DNA of 64,000 nucleotides from Octopus vulgaris (taxonomy: Eukaryota). Both the position numbers and the translations under genes were made by a program. The notes under the pieces are model-generated. The model saw only the letters and a program-made list of their open reading frames with translations, searched no databases and was not told the DNA's origin. The stretch spans positions 14,012,001-14,076,000 of the forward strand of contig OX597843.1 of NCBI GenBank assembly GCA_951406725.2, written 5' to 3'. Shown one piece after another: positions 1-12,859 of the stretch (its first letter is position 1; each line of letters opens with the position of its first letter).

Positions 1-265
1 GTCACTACAGACATATAGACAGGTAGATATATGTGTGTGTGTGTGTGTGTCCATGTTTGTCCCCATCTACCATTTGGCAACTGGTGTTGGTGTGTTTATG
101 TCCCTGTAACTTAGCAGTTCAACAAAAGGAGGCCAAATAGTATAAGTTCCAGGTTTCCAAAAAATAAGGGCTGCCGTTGGTTCCTTTGACTATAAATTCT
201 TTAAGATGCTGCTACAGCATGGCCATAGCCTAATGACTGAAAGAAGTAACAGGGAAAAGTATGTG

Positions 266-1392
266 TGTGTGTAAGTAAGTATATATGTGTGTGTTTATAT
301 ATATGTGTGTGTGTGGGTGTGTGTATGTATACACACACAAATATTTATATACATACATACATACATATGTATAAAAGAAGAGCTGTTTCCCAAAATACCA
401 AAATACGTATACACACATACACACAAATACACATACACACACATAAGTACACAGATACACATATACACATACACACAAATACACATACACACACACACAC
501 AAATACACACGCACACGCACAAATACACATATACACTCACACAAATACACATATATATACACACACACAAATACACATATATATACACACACACACAAAT
601 ACACATACACACACAAATACACATATACACACACAAATATACATATATACACACACACACACAAATACACACATACACACACAAATACACATATACACAC
701 ACACAAATACACATATACACACACACACAAATACACATATACACACACACACAAATACACATATACACACACACACACATACACATATACACACACACAA
801 ATACACATATACACACACACACATATACACATATATACACACACATACACACACACAAATACACATATACACACACACACAAATACACATATATACACAT
901 ATACACACACACATACACATATATACACACACACAAATACACGTATATACACATACACAAATACACATACACACACACACACAAATACACATATATACAC
1001 ATACACAAATACACATACACACACACACACAAATACACATATATACACATATACACACACACACACAAATACACATATATACACATATACACACACAAAT
1101 ACACATATATACACACACACACACACACACAAATACACATATATACACACACACAAACTCACATATATACACATACACACACAAATACACATATATACAC
1201 ATACACACACACAAATACACATATATACACATATACACACAAATACACATATATACACATACACACACACACACAAATACATATATATACACATACACAC
1301 ACAAATACACACATACACACACACACACATAAATACACATATATACACATACACACACACACACAAATACACACACACACACACATACACAT
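266..1392. repeat. Compound (CA/TA) microsatellite, about 1.1 kb
   Basis: Repeating ACACAAATACACATAT-type units; source of His/Thr and Cys/Val pseudo-ORFs. Confidence 0.95.
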
Positions 1393-1759
1393 GCAGTAAT
1401 GTTGATGCTATAAAGTCTTGAAACCTCTAAACACTCCTCTTTGGTGAAGGTTACCAATATCTCGGTCACTTCCTACTTTAAACAATTGGAACTATGTAGG
1501 TGTGTGTAGGTGTGTGTGTGTGTGTGTGTGGATGCCTGTGTGTGGTTGTGTATGAACACATGCTTGTATGTGTGTGTGTGCATAAGTGTATATATATTTT
1601 TGTCTGACCGTGTATTTGCAGTTTAGAAAGAGGTTTTACTTCCTTGTCCCATTGTTCTGGGCCAAGTGCCTTTTGCTAAAGCCCTGGGCCAACCAGAGCC
1701 TTCTCGGTGGATTTGGTAGGTAAGAACTGTGTGAACGCCCACCATGTATATATCTATAA

Positions 1760-2540
1760 GATATTTGGGATGAATTTGGTGACATTTATGTCTGCTTTTT
1801 CCAAAGAATTACTAGATGTATTTGTGAACAATGTAAGGCGTTGGAGAGCATAAAGATTAAAGTTGTTGTTGGAAGAAAATTAGCCGACATGGAGAACTGG
1901 AAATTCTCAGAATACTGGAAAAGAATTACCTGTATCATGAGGATTTGGGCAAGGTGTTGAAATGCTATATGGACACTGTAAAGGTTGTAAGGCTTGACAT
2001 GGACAGCTGCAATGGAGATTATGAAGTGTTGGCCAGCAGACATTCAGGCAGTATTGGCACGCTTGAATTTTGGCCCACAACTTTGAACAGGGCCTTGGGC
2101 TCAATTCAGAAAATGATGTGAAGGTATGGGAAACTGTGGTGAAACCCTTACTGGAGTGGGATGCACCTGAAAGGCCATATGTTTGGCAGCAGGATTTGCC
2201 AAACCTTTGGAAAGAGCCAGAAGAGGTTGTTAGGGTTAGGGTTAAGGTTAGGGTTCACTGACCCCAGTTTGTAGACCTTTTATCTTGTGTTTGAGATGAA
2301 GCTGAGAAAGACACCAGCCATCCGTCTGCCTGCCAAACCAAGGCCGAGCTGGCAGCCAAGAAGAAGGAAGTGCTCAAAGATCTCCCCAGAGACACAGCGA
2401 GGAAGACATGCACCAGGTTCTGCACCAGGTCATGAGACTGTGGTGGGTGTTGAGGGCATCTTTGAGGGAATTGTTATCTTCCATCCCTAATCTTGTTGAT
2501 AGGTTTTGATTTCAGAAATTTAAAAAAATTTGTGGATGGG
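1760..2540 (+). mobile_element. Decayed Tc1/mariner-superfamily transposon (maT/DD37D-like)
   Basis: Frameshifted remnant VWETVVKPLLEWDAPERPYVWQQD; related copy on - strand at 30460-31160. Confidence 0.6.
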
Positions 2541-2870
2541 GTATTGTACTTTCTCTTCCATTTGCACAAACTGTTAAATTTAACCAAAGTACCCTCTGTG
2601 TGTGTGTGCGTGTTTGTGTGTGTGCCATGATTTGATAAGGGGTGTTGATTTTGCAATTCTGTAAATAAGATTTTATAAGCTTAATGGTTGTAAGGGGTCA
2701 CCATGTATTGACTAAAGAATACAGTATTTTCTTTAGTCATACGTAGTGATCACTTTTCAGCTTTAAGCTTATGTAATATTATTAATATATGTGTGTGTGT
2801 GTGTATATATATACATTTATGTATGTATGTATACATATATCACATATATTTATATATATATATACGTATG

Positions 2871-2931
<61 letters not shown>

Positions 2932-3330
2932 CAGGAGTGGCTGTGTGGTAAGTAGCTTGCTTACCAACCACATGGCTCCGGGTTCAGTCCCACTGCGTGG
3001 CATCTTGGGCAAGTGTCTTCTGCTATAGCCCCGGGCCGACCAATGCCTTGTGAGTGGATTTGGTAGACGGAAACTGAAAGAAGCCTGTCGTATATATGTA
3101 TATATATATATGTGTGTGCGTGTGTTTGTCCTCCTAGCATTGCTTGACAACCGATGCTGGTGTGTTTACGTCCCCATTACTTAGCGGTTCGGCAAAAGAG
3201 ACCGATAGAATAAGTACTGGGCTTACAAAGAATAAGTCCCGGGTTGATTTGCTCGACTAAAGGCGGTGCTCCAGCATGGCCGCAGTCAAATGACTGAAAC
3301 AAGTAAAAGATAAAAAGATAAAAGATAAAG
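2932..3330 (+). mobile_element. SINE family A (tRNA-like head GGAGTGGCTGTGTGGTAAG...GGTTCAGTCCC; tail TGACTGAAACAAGTAAAAGA)
   Basis: A/B-box-like head; many related copies in the window. Confidence 0.85.
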
Positions 3331-3800
3331 ATATATATATATATATATATATACGTGATGGGGCTTGGGAATTTCTGCCAAACAGCCTCACAGATGATTT
3401 GTTTACAGTGATTCCCATGTTTGTGTACGCATCAGCTCACTCTCTCCATCAAATCAACATTCCCTGTTCAGATGCACCATGTGCCACATGTGAGATGACG
3501 AAACAACCACAGAGCAACGCAAACTGAAGTGCTTTGCTCACGAACACAAACACAAACACACACACACACGCACACACACACGAGTGTTATTAAAGATAAA
3601 TTTCCAAATTTCGGTCAGTAGGGATATAGAATCCAACTGCGTACCGCAGTCGCTTTTACCATTTATTAATGCTGGTTAAGCTCTGTGAGTGCATAAAACA
3701 CTCCAGTTCGTTTGCTTTCCTAACCTCAATCTATCTTCACGTAGGCAAATCCATGTCTCTATAGGGAGACTGTATGTTTGGGGTCAGAGAAAATCACGAA

Positions 3801-4176
3801 TCTCTATATATATAAATGGCAAAATATCTGCGTGTGTGTCCTTTATACAAATCCACAATTTTTCAGTTTGAGGGCTCGCACTTTCTATGGTCATTTCTAT
3901 GGTCATTCAAAACCGTCCAAGGGTGGTCGTGCACATCTTTACATTTCCCCAGTCACCCCACAAAGCCATTAAAAAATCAATAGAAGTGACTTTTTTGTGA
4001 ATTTTCTATCCAAAACCCAATCAAAATGCCCAGAACTTGATATGCCAATTGAATGCCAGCCAGCTGTATGTGATTGGTCGGAGATTTGGACAGTACTCAC
4101 GTGTATGTGTGCATGCACGCAGCTGTATATGCATGCACTAGCACTATGACCCGGCGTTGCTGGGTCATAGTGCTAG
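3801..4176 (+). mobile_element. Non-autonomous Helitron
   Basis: 5' TC after A, 3' hairpin ending CTAG before T; second copy at 51416-51780. Confidence 0.85.
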
Positions 4177-4189
4177 TGTTTAATAAAGG

Positions 4190-4428
4190 AGAACAGAGAT
4201 TTTATACTCCGTTTTATTCAGCAGTTCCTTACTTCTTTTCATTTCTGCACCTACACGTGTTTCTGCAGGCACACAGCAAAATTTGCATCTTTATCTGCAC
4301 TTATTGGAAATTAACAATAAGTGCACATAAAGATGCAAATTTTGCAGTCTACTGCAGAAACATGTGTAGGTGCAGAAATGAAAAGAAGTAATGAATTGCT
4401 GAATAAAACTGGATATAAATCTCTATTC
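4190..4428. repeat. Fold-back inverted repeat (about 115 bp arms, short spacer)
   Basis: TTCTTTTCATTTCTGCACCTACAC...GCACTTATTG / CAATAAGTGC...GTGTAGGTGCAGAAATGAAAAGAA. Confidence 0.85.
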
Positions 4429-5399
4429 CCTTTTATTATAATTTCATTATATATATATATATATATATATATATCTTATTATAAAAGGCAGATATTATCT
4501 GCCTCCCTTTGTCAGTTATAGAAATCTACAATATAGGATTTCTTCAATTACAATTTACTTAGCATTTTTAAGAGTAGAATGCATCGGGTTTTGCCAGGTC
4601 CACTTTTTAAAATTTAAACTCCAATTAAGCAAAATTTACAGAAAACTCACATTCTGGTGTGTATGTCAAATGCTTTTCTTAATGTGTTTTACACCACACG
4701 CACACGCACACACACAGTGTGCAACGAATAAAATGAAAGTAATTCACCTTTTGTAGTGAGTGACTCTTTCAGTCTGCCACTTCCTCTTTACACACATAGA
4801 CACGCAAATATATAAATAAAATTGTAAGCTAATGTGCGTGTGTGTGAGTGTATGTGTGCGTGTGTGTGTGTGAGGGTGCGTGTGTGTGTGTGTGTGTGTG
4901 CGTGTGCGTGAGTGTGTGACAGGAAAGTATTTTAGGACGAATATAAGACCTATATCGGCGATGTTTCGCTTGTCGTAGCACAGGTTTCCGTCGATTTCCA
5001 TAAAAAACTTTTATTTTTTTACATAAGTAATGAGAGCGAAAGAGACTAAGAGAAAGCGATTGTATGACGAGGGAAGTTCTTTTGAAGTTACCGTGCATGG
5101 GACGCATTGATGTACATGTGTGTGTGTGTGTTTGATGGAGACAGACAGTATGTTGTGTAAGTGAAGTGCTTCTGTTAGTGTGTGTGAAGAGACAGAGAGA
5201 GTAATGTGTGAAAGAGAGAGATAACTGAAATTTTTTACTCGGTTTATGTGTATATGTATGTATGCATGTATGTGTGTGTGTGTGTGTGTATGTATGTGTG
5301 TGTGTATGTATGTATGTATGTATGACCGATTCAGTGTTTACATTTTTTACGGAAATCGACGGAAACGTGTGCTACGACAAGCGAAACATCGCCCCTATA

Positions 5400-5880
5400 T
5401 CCAAGTAGCAGAAAGATCGCCCAAAAGTGTATATAGATATTTAAATGTATTTATATATTCATCTATACACAGATGTATGTATAATGTGTGTGTATATATT
5501 TCCATACACGTAACCATTCACTCCGCACAAAGTTTTTAGGACGAAAATAAGATCTAAAGTTATCTCTAAGTAGCACAGAGATCGCCCTAAAGTGTATATA
5601 GATATATAAATGTATTTATATATTCATCTATGCACACATGTATGTATAACGTGTGTGTATATATTTCCATAGAGGTAACCATTCACTCCATACAAAGTTT
5701 TTTAGCACGAAAATAAGATCTAAAGTTATCTCTAAGAAACAGAAAGATCGCCCAAAAGTGTATATAGATATTTAAATGTATTTATATATTCATCTATACA
5801 CACATGTATGTATAATGTGCGTGTATATATTTCCATAGAGGTAACCATTCAATCCATACAAAGTTTTTTAGGACGAAAAT
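5400..5880. repeat. About 170-bp tandem repeat, 3 copies, inside the Helitron
   Basis: Repeated GATCGCCCAAAAGTGTATATAGATATTTAAATG...GGACGAAAATA. Confidence 0.9.
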
Positions 5881-6128
5881 ATTTATATATAAAAGAAAGG
5901 TTGTGTGTCTGTCTACTCCGATTTAGATTCCTAACTACTCCCACATTTTGCGATGCAGTTTAACCAAAACCGGGTATCTTATAGTCGTGATTCATATCGA
6001 GCTCTTCTGGGTATTAGCGCGCGTCTACGATGAGTCTATGATTTTACAAATAATTTACCATCATTTTTTTCCATTTTAATGCATATTTTTTAAAATAAAC
6101 GGAAGTAACTCTCAAACTTCACACCAAT

Positions 6129-6630
6129 ATGCGTGCTCATATGCGACGTAATATCACATCAGCAGCATTTCCTCACACCCTCCTTGCACTTGGCGAAGGC
6201 AAAATACCAGGGGATGAAAATGGTAATATTGCCATCGATTCCATTTGTACCATTGTTAAGACGCCTTCTGATCTCAGAGATGCAGTGTTCCCAGATCTAC
6301 AAGCTAATTATCAGAATATGGATTGGATTGGCAAAAAGGCTATACTGGCCCCGAGGAATAAAACTGTTCACCATATTAATGATGAAATGCTAAAACTCAT
6401 TCCTGGGGAAGTCTATGTATATCAGTCTATTGATACAACTCCTGACCCAGAGGACGTCATCAACTATCCAATAGAGGTACTCAATTCCTTTGAGCACCCC
6501 GGACTACCACCACACTTTCTCAAACTTAAAGTTGGTGCCCCTATAATGCTCATCAGAAATTTGGTTCCCCCAAAACAATGCAATGGCACACGTTTGATCG
6601 TTAAGTCCTTATCTCCCACCGTAAGCTTAT
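6129..6630 (+). pseudogene. Helitron Rep/Hel PIF1-type helicase fragment
   Basis: AILAPRN..V..IN, YPIEVLNS..PGLPPH.LKLKVGAPIMLIRNL...CNGTRLIV are hallmark Helitron helicase motifs; truncated at both ends. Confidence 0.9.
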
Positions 6631-6743
6631 ATCAATATTTGCCTGAATAATCATCATAATTCAGTGCAATCATTAACAGTACTTTCAAGCAATTCAGCCC
6701 CGAGCAACGCCGGGCAATTCTGCTAGTATATATATATATATGT

Positions 6744-6778
<35 letters not shown>

Positions 6779-6835
6779 GACAGATATATAATTTATATAT
6801 GTATATATATACATAGATGTGTATATATATACATA

Positions 6836-7415
6836 TCATCATCATCATTTAGCGTCCGCTTTCCATGCTGGCATGGGTTGGATGGTTCAACTGGGGTCTG
6901 GGAAGCCAGAAGGCTGCACCAGGCCCAGTCTGATCTGGCAATGTTTCTATGGCTGGATGCCCTTCCTAACGCCAACCACTCCGTGAGTGTAGTGGGTGCT
7001 TTTTACGTGCCACCGGCACAGGTGCCAGACGGGGCTGGCAAACGGCAATGATCGGATGGTGCTTTTTACGTGCTATCGGCACGGGGGCCAGGCGAGTCTG
7101 GCAACGGCCACAATCGGATGGTGCTTTTTATGTGCCACCGGCACGGAGGCCAGTCGGGGCGGTGCTGGCAACGGCCACAATCGGATGGTTCGCTTACGTG
7201 CCACCGACACTGGTATCACAACTGCAATTTCCATTGATGTTGATCGCCTTCGATTTTGGTTCTGATTTCCACTTGCCTCAACGGGTCTTCAGAAGTGGAG
7301 TTTTGTGTCCCAAGAAGGAAAGGTATGCATAAGTCGACTGGCTACATCCCAGGTAGAGGCCACGGGTTATCGTCTCACTAGTCCTGCCGTGTCTTCTCAC
7401 ACACAGCATACTTCC
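6836..7415 (-). mobile_element. SINE-like family B with (GAT)n tail, GGCGTTAGGAAGGGCATCCAGCC core and internal ~55-bp repeats
   Basis: Core resembles the Meta-SINE domain; further copies near 19600-19933, 25350-25710, 26005-26250, 28240-28615, 35657-36000, 46740-46940, 49180-49480, 50472-50772, 56497-56680. Confidence 0.8.
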
Positions 7416-7509
7416 ATATATGTATATATGAATATATATATTTTATATACACACACATACATATATATACATACACATGTATGTATGTATATATATATAT
7501 ATATACATA

Positions 7510-7780
7510 TGATGATGATGGCCGTCCACTCATGACCAAGGAAGACCATTGCTGACCTTCAGGAACATTGTGCGCTCTAGGACTAACTTATATTATGCAT
7601 TTGCGGCTCCGTTGGTGGCTAATGAGCCCTGCTCTTGACAAGCATACACGACTGCAAACATTGCAGACCAAGCTTTCCCCATTCACTATATGAGCCGTGC
7701 GCTTTCGAGCAGCACGCTTAAGTTCTTCATGCCGAATACATGCTCTCTCAAAGGTGCCGACCCCACTCCTTAACCTGCTG
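7510..7780 (-). mobile_element. RTE-clade LINE 3' fragment
   Basis: C-terminal zinc finger CNVCSRVCLSRAGLISHQR plus CAT tail; same family as 61165-61600. Confidence 0.8.
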
Positions 7781-8686
7781 CCTCCATCTGTGGTGATGTC
7801 AGGCATTGCTCTCCGAGTCAGTCTCCTGCATATCACACACACACACACACACACTGGTGTTTGTTTGTTTCCATCCCTGCAACTTAGCGGCTGAGCAAAA
7901 GAGACCAATAGAATAAGAACCAGGTGAAATCTTGGTTTCGATTTTGTCCAAATAAACTTTTCAGGGCAGTGCCCCAGCATGGCCACAGTCTAATGAGTGA
8001 AATAGATGAAATAGAAGCCAAAATAGAAAGAAATGTTATGAGTGCATACGTGTAATGGTGTGTGTATATGTCTGTGCGTCTGTCTAACTGTGTCAGTAGG
8101 GATGAATTGTGTGTGTGTGTGTATATGTCTTCGTGTATGAGTGTGTACGAGTGCATATGAATACGTGTGTGTGTGTGCAAATGATGTGACCAAGGGGGAG
8201 GTGAGGGGAAGGGAGTGTTGATGCTTCCATGGTAACATGTGGTTGGAATTATCAGATCTGGGGCAGGAGGGGGGAAGGGCAGGCACAGAGAGAAAGGGAA
8301 GGAGAGATTTTATGTCGATGATGATGATGATGATGATGGTTGTAGTAGTAGTAATGATGATAGTGATGATGATAGTGATGACATATAATGACAATGATGA
8401 TGATGCTGATGATAATGATGACGTCAGTGATGATTATGATGATGCCCTTCCCCCACTCCCTCCCCATGCACTTCCCTGCATCCTTCTCCCCCCTCCTGCC
8501 ACCACCCCCTCCCCAATGCAGCCTCAATTTATGGCAGATGTGTGTGCAACAGCAGCTCACTTTGTCACCTCACCTCGTTTGTAAAGCTGAAGATCAGGCA
8601 CACGGACACACATGCACACGCATACACACACGCACACATACACACACACACGTACACACATACACGTACACACACACACACACACA

Positions 8687-8734
<48 letters not shown>

Positions 8735-8744
8735 GTAAAAGCCA

Positions 8745-8960
8745 ACTTCGGTCACGAAATTTTCCCTCTGAGGCACAAGTTTGGGCAGAGTTGTTTATAG
8801 AGGAGCAGCCAGCGTTGGCCATGCATACCAGCCTCCCCACTCCATACCACTGAGGTTATCCAGGGGAAATTGCCCACGAACACAGCACAGAGCCCGTCCT
8901 GGGAATCGAACTCACTACCTCATGATTGTGAACCCAACGCTCGAACCACTCAGCCTTCGT
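8745..8960 (-). mobile_element. tRNA-derived SINE family C
   Basis: Reverse complement resembles the 29683-30020 copy (AGTGGTT...GTTCGATTCCC head). Confidence 0.65.
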
Positions 8961-10157
8961 TTTTCCCATATCTTAAATGCTGAGCAACCGGAGATGGCAC
9001 GGGGAGCAGAGGTGGGCACACATTTGATCAGGATGCTTGTTGCTGTGGCAACACAGTGACCCCTGGAGTCTGCAGCCTCAGGTCTATCCTTGTGGGAGGG
9101 ATGGTGTTGCCCTCGTTTGGTGACGCTGCACTGCCCCTCCCACACACACACACACCCACTCACACCCCCACGCACATACGCACACAGACACATGAAATCC
9201 CCCACACACACACACACTCACATTCACACACACACACATGAAATCCCCACACATACCCACTCACATGCACCCACACCACACCCACACACCCATACACAAG
9301 CATACACCTCCCCTCCCCCTAAATCTAACCCCAGGCAATGGAAACCACATCATTCTATGCATATATTTACTGCGGGACCCCTTTAAAGGCTCTGCACCAT
9401 TTTAGTTAGTCCGGTCAGAGATTAGTATTATAAATCCCTTCGCCAAATCCACTCACAAGGCATTGCTTGATCCCCAGACTTATAACAGAAGGCCCACATG
9501 TTACCCCATCCACCATGTGGTAGGACTGAACTTGAAGCTCCATGGTTGTAAATCAAACTTCTTAACTACACGGCCCCATGTGAACCCCCTTAAAATGTCT
9601 TTCATTTTCTTTTAACTATTTTGTCTTTTTATTTTCCCTCTTGAAATTTTAAGGTCATCACCTGCTTTGGTAGTTTTAATCAATTACTGTATTTAATTAC
9701 CATATTTAATTACCATATCTAATTACCATATTTAATTGCCTTCTACATGTTTCAGTCACTGAAGTGACCATGCTGGAGCACCATGGAGAAGGGATTTAGG
9801 CTCTTAATTGTCTTGATTAATTATCACTGTTAATTGCTTTATTAATTGCTTTAATCATCTTAATTAATTACCTTAATTAATTGGCTGACAGCAAATATAA
9901 AGTGATTCTTAGGTAAATTACAGCCTAATTGTCATTTTCCCTTTCTTGATTTCAAATTTCTGAAAAACACAAGAGATTAAGGGCCAAATTAACTAAAAGG
10001 GTAAAACAAAACTGATTCGGTTTGTAAGGAGGCCCTGGTGAAGGGGTTGAAAGCACTCCAGCTGGTAAAACTACCTCTTACCATGATCAAGACACAAGAA
10101 ACTGGCCCTAGTTGTGGTGGACAAAGTAAACCATCTCTGCTGACCAATTCACGTTGC

Positions 10158-10196
<39 letters not shown>

Positions 10197-10258
10197 AAAA
10201 ATGAAGTTCGAAAATGCTGCTATATTAGACAAATTTTAAATTTTTATATATACATTAT

Positions 10259-10307
10259 TTATTTAACATGTTTCGGTTCTTGAAATGATGAACCTTATCA
10301 AAAAAAA
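10259..10307 (-). ncRNA. Minimal type-I hammerhead motif, U3-A8 core variant
   Basis: Minus strand: tttttt-TTGATAA-GGTTC-10 nt-GAACC-GAAA-CATG-TT-aaataa; palindrome ACATGT; weak A/T stem I. Confidence 0.55.
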
Positions 10308-10440
10308 TTATATATAAAAAAGATAGTTCATGCTATCAAATATAAAAAATTCATATATAATATACAATAGAGTCAGTCATCACAAGTTCATATATAGTGA
10401 AGTGAGTTCATGCTATCTGTTTATAGAGTATGATGCAGTG

Positions 10441-10835
10441 GTTCATAGTGGTGATATGCATTCAATATAAAAAATAGTTCATAGTGGTGATATGCATTCA
10501 ATATAAAAAATAGTTCATAGTGGTGATGTGCAGTCAATATAAAAAATAGTTCATAGTGGTGATGTGCAGTCAATATAAAAAATAGTTCATAGTGGTGATG
10601 TGCAGTCAATATAAAAAATAGTTCATAGTGGTGATGTGCATTCAATATAAAAAATAGTTCATAGTGGTGATATGCATTCAATATAAAAAATAGTTCATAG
10701 TGGTGATGTGCAGTCAATATAAAAAATAGTTCATAGTGGTGATGTGCAGTCAATATAAAAAATAGTTCATAGTGGTGATATGCATTCAATATAAAAAATA
10801 GTTCATAGTGGTGATGTGCAGTCAATATAAAAAAT
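10441..10835. repeat. 36-bp minisatellite, 11 copies
   Basis: Unit GTTCATAGTGGTGATRTGCAKTCAATATAAAAAATA, head to tail with no spacers. Confidence 0.95.
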
Positions 10836-11179
10836 TGATGTTCTTGAAAAAGCGAGGAATTCATTTTAGATTTTACCTTGAGCAACTGTGATGACTTTTG
10901 GTCGGTGTCCGCTGGACAGTTCTGGCGAACCTTGTGAATTGTTTGGGTTTTATATCACCTGTTAGGTGGCCAGTACAGCGGAACGTGACGTCATCAACGT
11001 TTTGACCAATCGTTTCATTAGGTGGCTAGTCAAGCAGAACGGGACGTCATCAATATTATGACCAATCAGAATCGGGTCCGACCTATAGCTGTATTAGATC
11101 TGCCCCTTGTCTGTATCCTGTTAGGTGGCCAGTCCAGCGTAACGTGATGTCATCACTGCTTTGACCAATCATCCCGTTA

Positions 11180-11227
<48 letters not shown>

Positions 11228-11610
11228 GGAGGCGCAATGGCCCAGTGGTTAGGGCAGCGGACTCGCAGTCGTAGGATCGCGGTCTCGATTCCCAGACCGG
11301 GCGTTGTGAGTGTTTATTGAGCGAAAACACCTAAAAGCTCCACAAGGCTCCGGCAGGGGATGGTGGTGATCCCTGCTGTACTCTTTCACCACAACTTTCT
11401 CTCACTCTTACTTCCTGTTTCTGTTGTACCTGTATTTCAAAGGGCCGGCCTTGTCACTCTCTGTGTCATGCTGAATATCCCCGAGAACTACGTTAAGGGT
11501 ACACGTGTCTGTGGAGTGCTCAGCTGCTTGCACGTTAATTTCACGAGCAGGCTGTTCCGTTGATCGGATCAACCAGAACCCTCGTTGTCGGAACCGACGG
11601 AGTGCTTCCA
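11228..11610 (+). mobile_element. tRNA-derived SINE family C
   Basis: GGAGGCGCAATGGCCCAGTGGTTAGGGC...TCGATTCCC head; relatives at 29683-30020, 31240-31545 (-), 35050-35650 (two in tandem), 41275-41530. Confidence 0.85.
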
Positions 11611-11679
11611 TTCCATTCCATATATATATTAAGAACAATCTTACTTAGAAATGGATGCGTGCATTTCGTCATATAATAA

Positions 11680-12100
11680 ATTAATAAATAAATAAATCAT
11701 GCATATATACATACATATATGTACGTACCTACCTCTACATGTATATATACATGCATATATGGGTACAGGACACCAAAAAAACGTCAAACACAATGAGAAA
11801 CGAAAACATAAACACAAAACCAAGGAAATTGACATTTTTCTTAAACAACGAAAAAATAGAGTACAGGACAAATAACACAAGGAAAATTCCCCTTCTTCAG
11901 TCGCCATGGTTTCATCTACTCTGCATTTCAAAGGTGAAGGCGATACGCATCTTCGATTGAAACTTTCCTTCCCACGAAAAGCAAATTAAATAAAATTTGA
12001 GATCTTTTTGCGGAGGGATAAAAATGGTAACAGAAACAGGACAGTTACGACAGTACAAAATATAAACAGTAAAAGACAGGACAAGGAGAATATATAATAT
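11680..12100. repeat. Dispersed repeat; related fold-back copy at 27920-28235
   Basis: Shared ATATGGGTACAGGACACCAAAAAACGTCAAACA segment. Confidence 0.75.
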
Positions 12101-12456
12101 ATATATATATAAGGATAATATCGATATTTAAATATTGATATTATCAAGTGGCCAGCATGGGAAAAAATAGCATACAAAGGTAATAATTTTTTACAACTAA
12201 AAATAAGGGTGTCTGAGAGACATGCCGAAATAGCAGTCAAATCCCTAACTCTAAAAACCACCTTAAATGTTCATATCGCACCATGAGATAAGACAGAGGG
12301 ACAAAATAGACTAGCAAAAAGATATTACTGAATAATTCAAGATCCTGGATTTCTAGCTTTGCTTTAAATAAGCTTTGCCGTCATCAGTTGAATATATCAG
12401 ACGAGCACATAAATACAAATATAGTTGTATGTATAAATACAAATATAGTTGTATGT

Positions 12457-12487
<31 letters not shown>

Positions 12488-12489
12488 CT

Positions 12490-12700
12490 TTTGACCTAAA
12501 AGATGAAATTGCAAGAATGTGGGCAATGAGGAGAGTAGCTGTTATCCCATCAGTTGTAGGGACACTTGGAACATTGAGAACCAAGTTTGAGGAATATGTT
12601 GGAGAAATTGGAATTGACACAAGGGAAGAGCTGACCCCCAAAAACTGCTCTATTGGGGACAGCTAGGATATTTTAAGATTGGTACTTGGGTATTGAGTGT
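12490..12700 (+). mobile_element. R4/Dong-like LINE 3' fragment
   Basis: DLKDEIARMW....VIPSVVGTLG, C-terminus of a REL-endonuclease ORF. Confidence 0.75.
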
Positions 12701-12859
12701 CTTCCACACCTAAGTACTAAGTCCTATAATTCGTGGAAAGAGACTCTATGAGACCCTTGGCAACAGGATACTGCCTGCTCTTGAGTAATCAACCACAACC
12801 ATTAAGACTGAGAGCTCTGACCCCAAAAAGGGCAGCAAATTTGTGTAAAACAGGAAAGT

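Larger units (their letters stand above)
4474..6726 (+). mobile_element. Helitron-derived composite (possibly two nested elements; second 5' end near 5882)
   Basis: 5' TCTTATTATAAAA; 3' hairpin CCCG..CGGG followed by CTAG at 6723-6726; contains a helicase fragment. Confidence 0.7.
10195..11180 (-). mobile_element. Penelope-like terminal-repeat remnant with internal minisatellite
   Basis: (TA)n flanks on both sides; hammerhead motif; no ORF, so family assignment is inferred. Confidence 0.5.

Noticed and set aside
230-1469. 300-390 aa Cys/Val- or His/Thr-rich ORFs
   Set aside because: Translations of a CA/TA microsatellite, open in most frames
6129-6650. Host PIF1 gene
   Set aside because: Intronless truncated fragment bounded by Helitron termini
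8574-8586. 13-nt minus-strand micro-exon (CAG|...|GTGAGG)
   Set aside because: Splice-like dinucleotides alone are insufficient; no recognisable protein context
10441-10835. 36-bp repeats resembling a CRISPR array, or a 154-aa repeat protein
   Set aside because: No unique spacers, no cas genes, eukaryotic context; plain minisatellite
11228-11305. tRNA gene-like sequence (also 29683, 35050, 35345, 41275)
   Set aside because: Each continues into a shared SINE body, so these are tRNA-derived SINE heads
11880-11965. Minus-strand GAAAC...CTGAAGA as a permuted hammerhead
   Set aside because: Could not build consistent stems I-III
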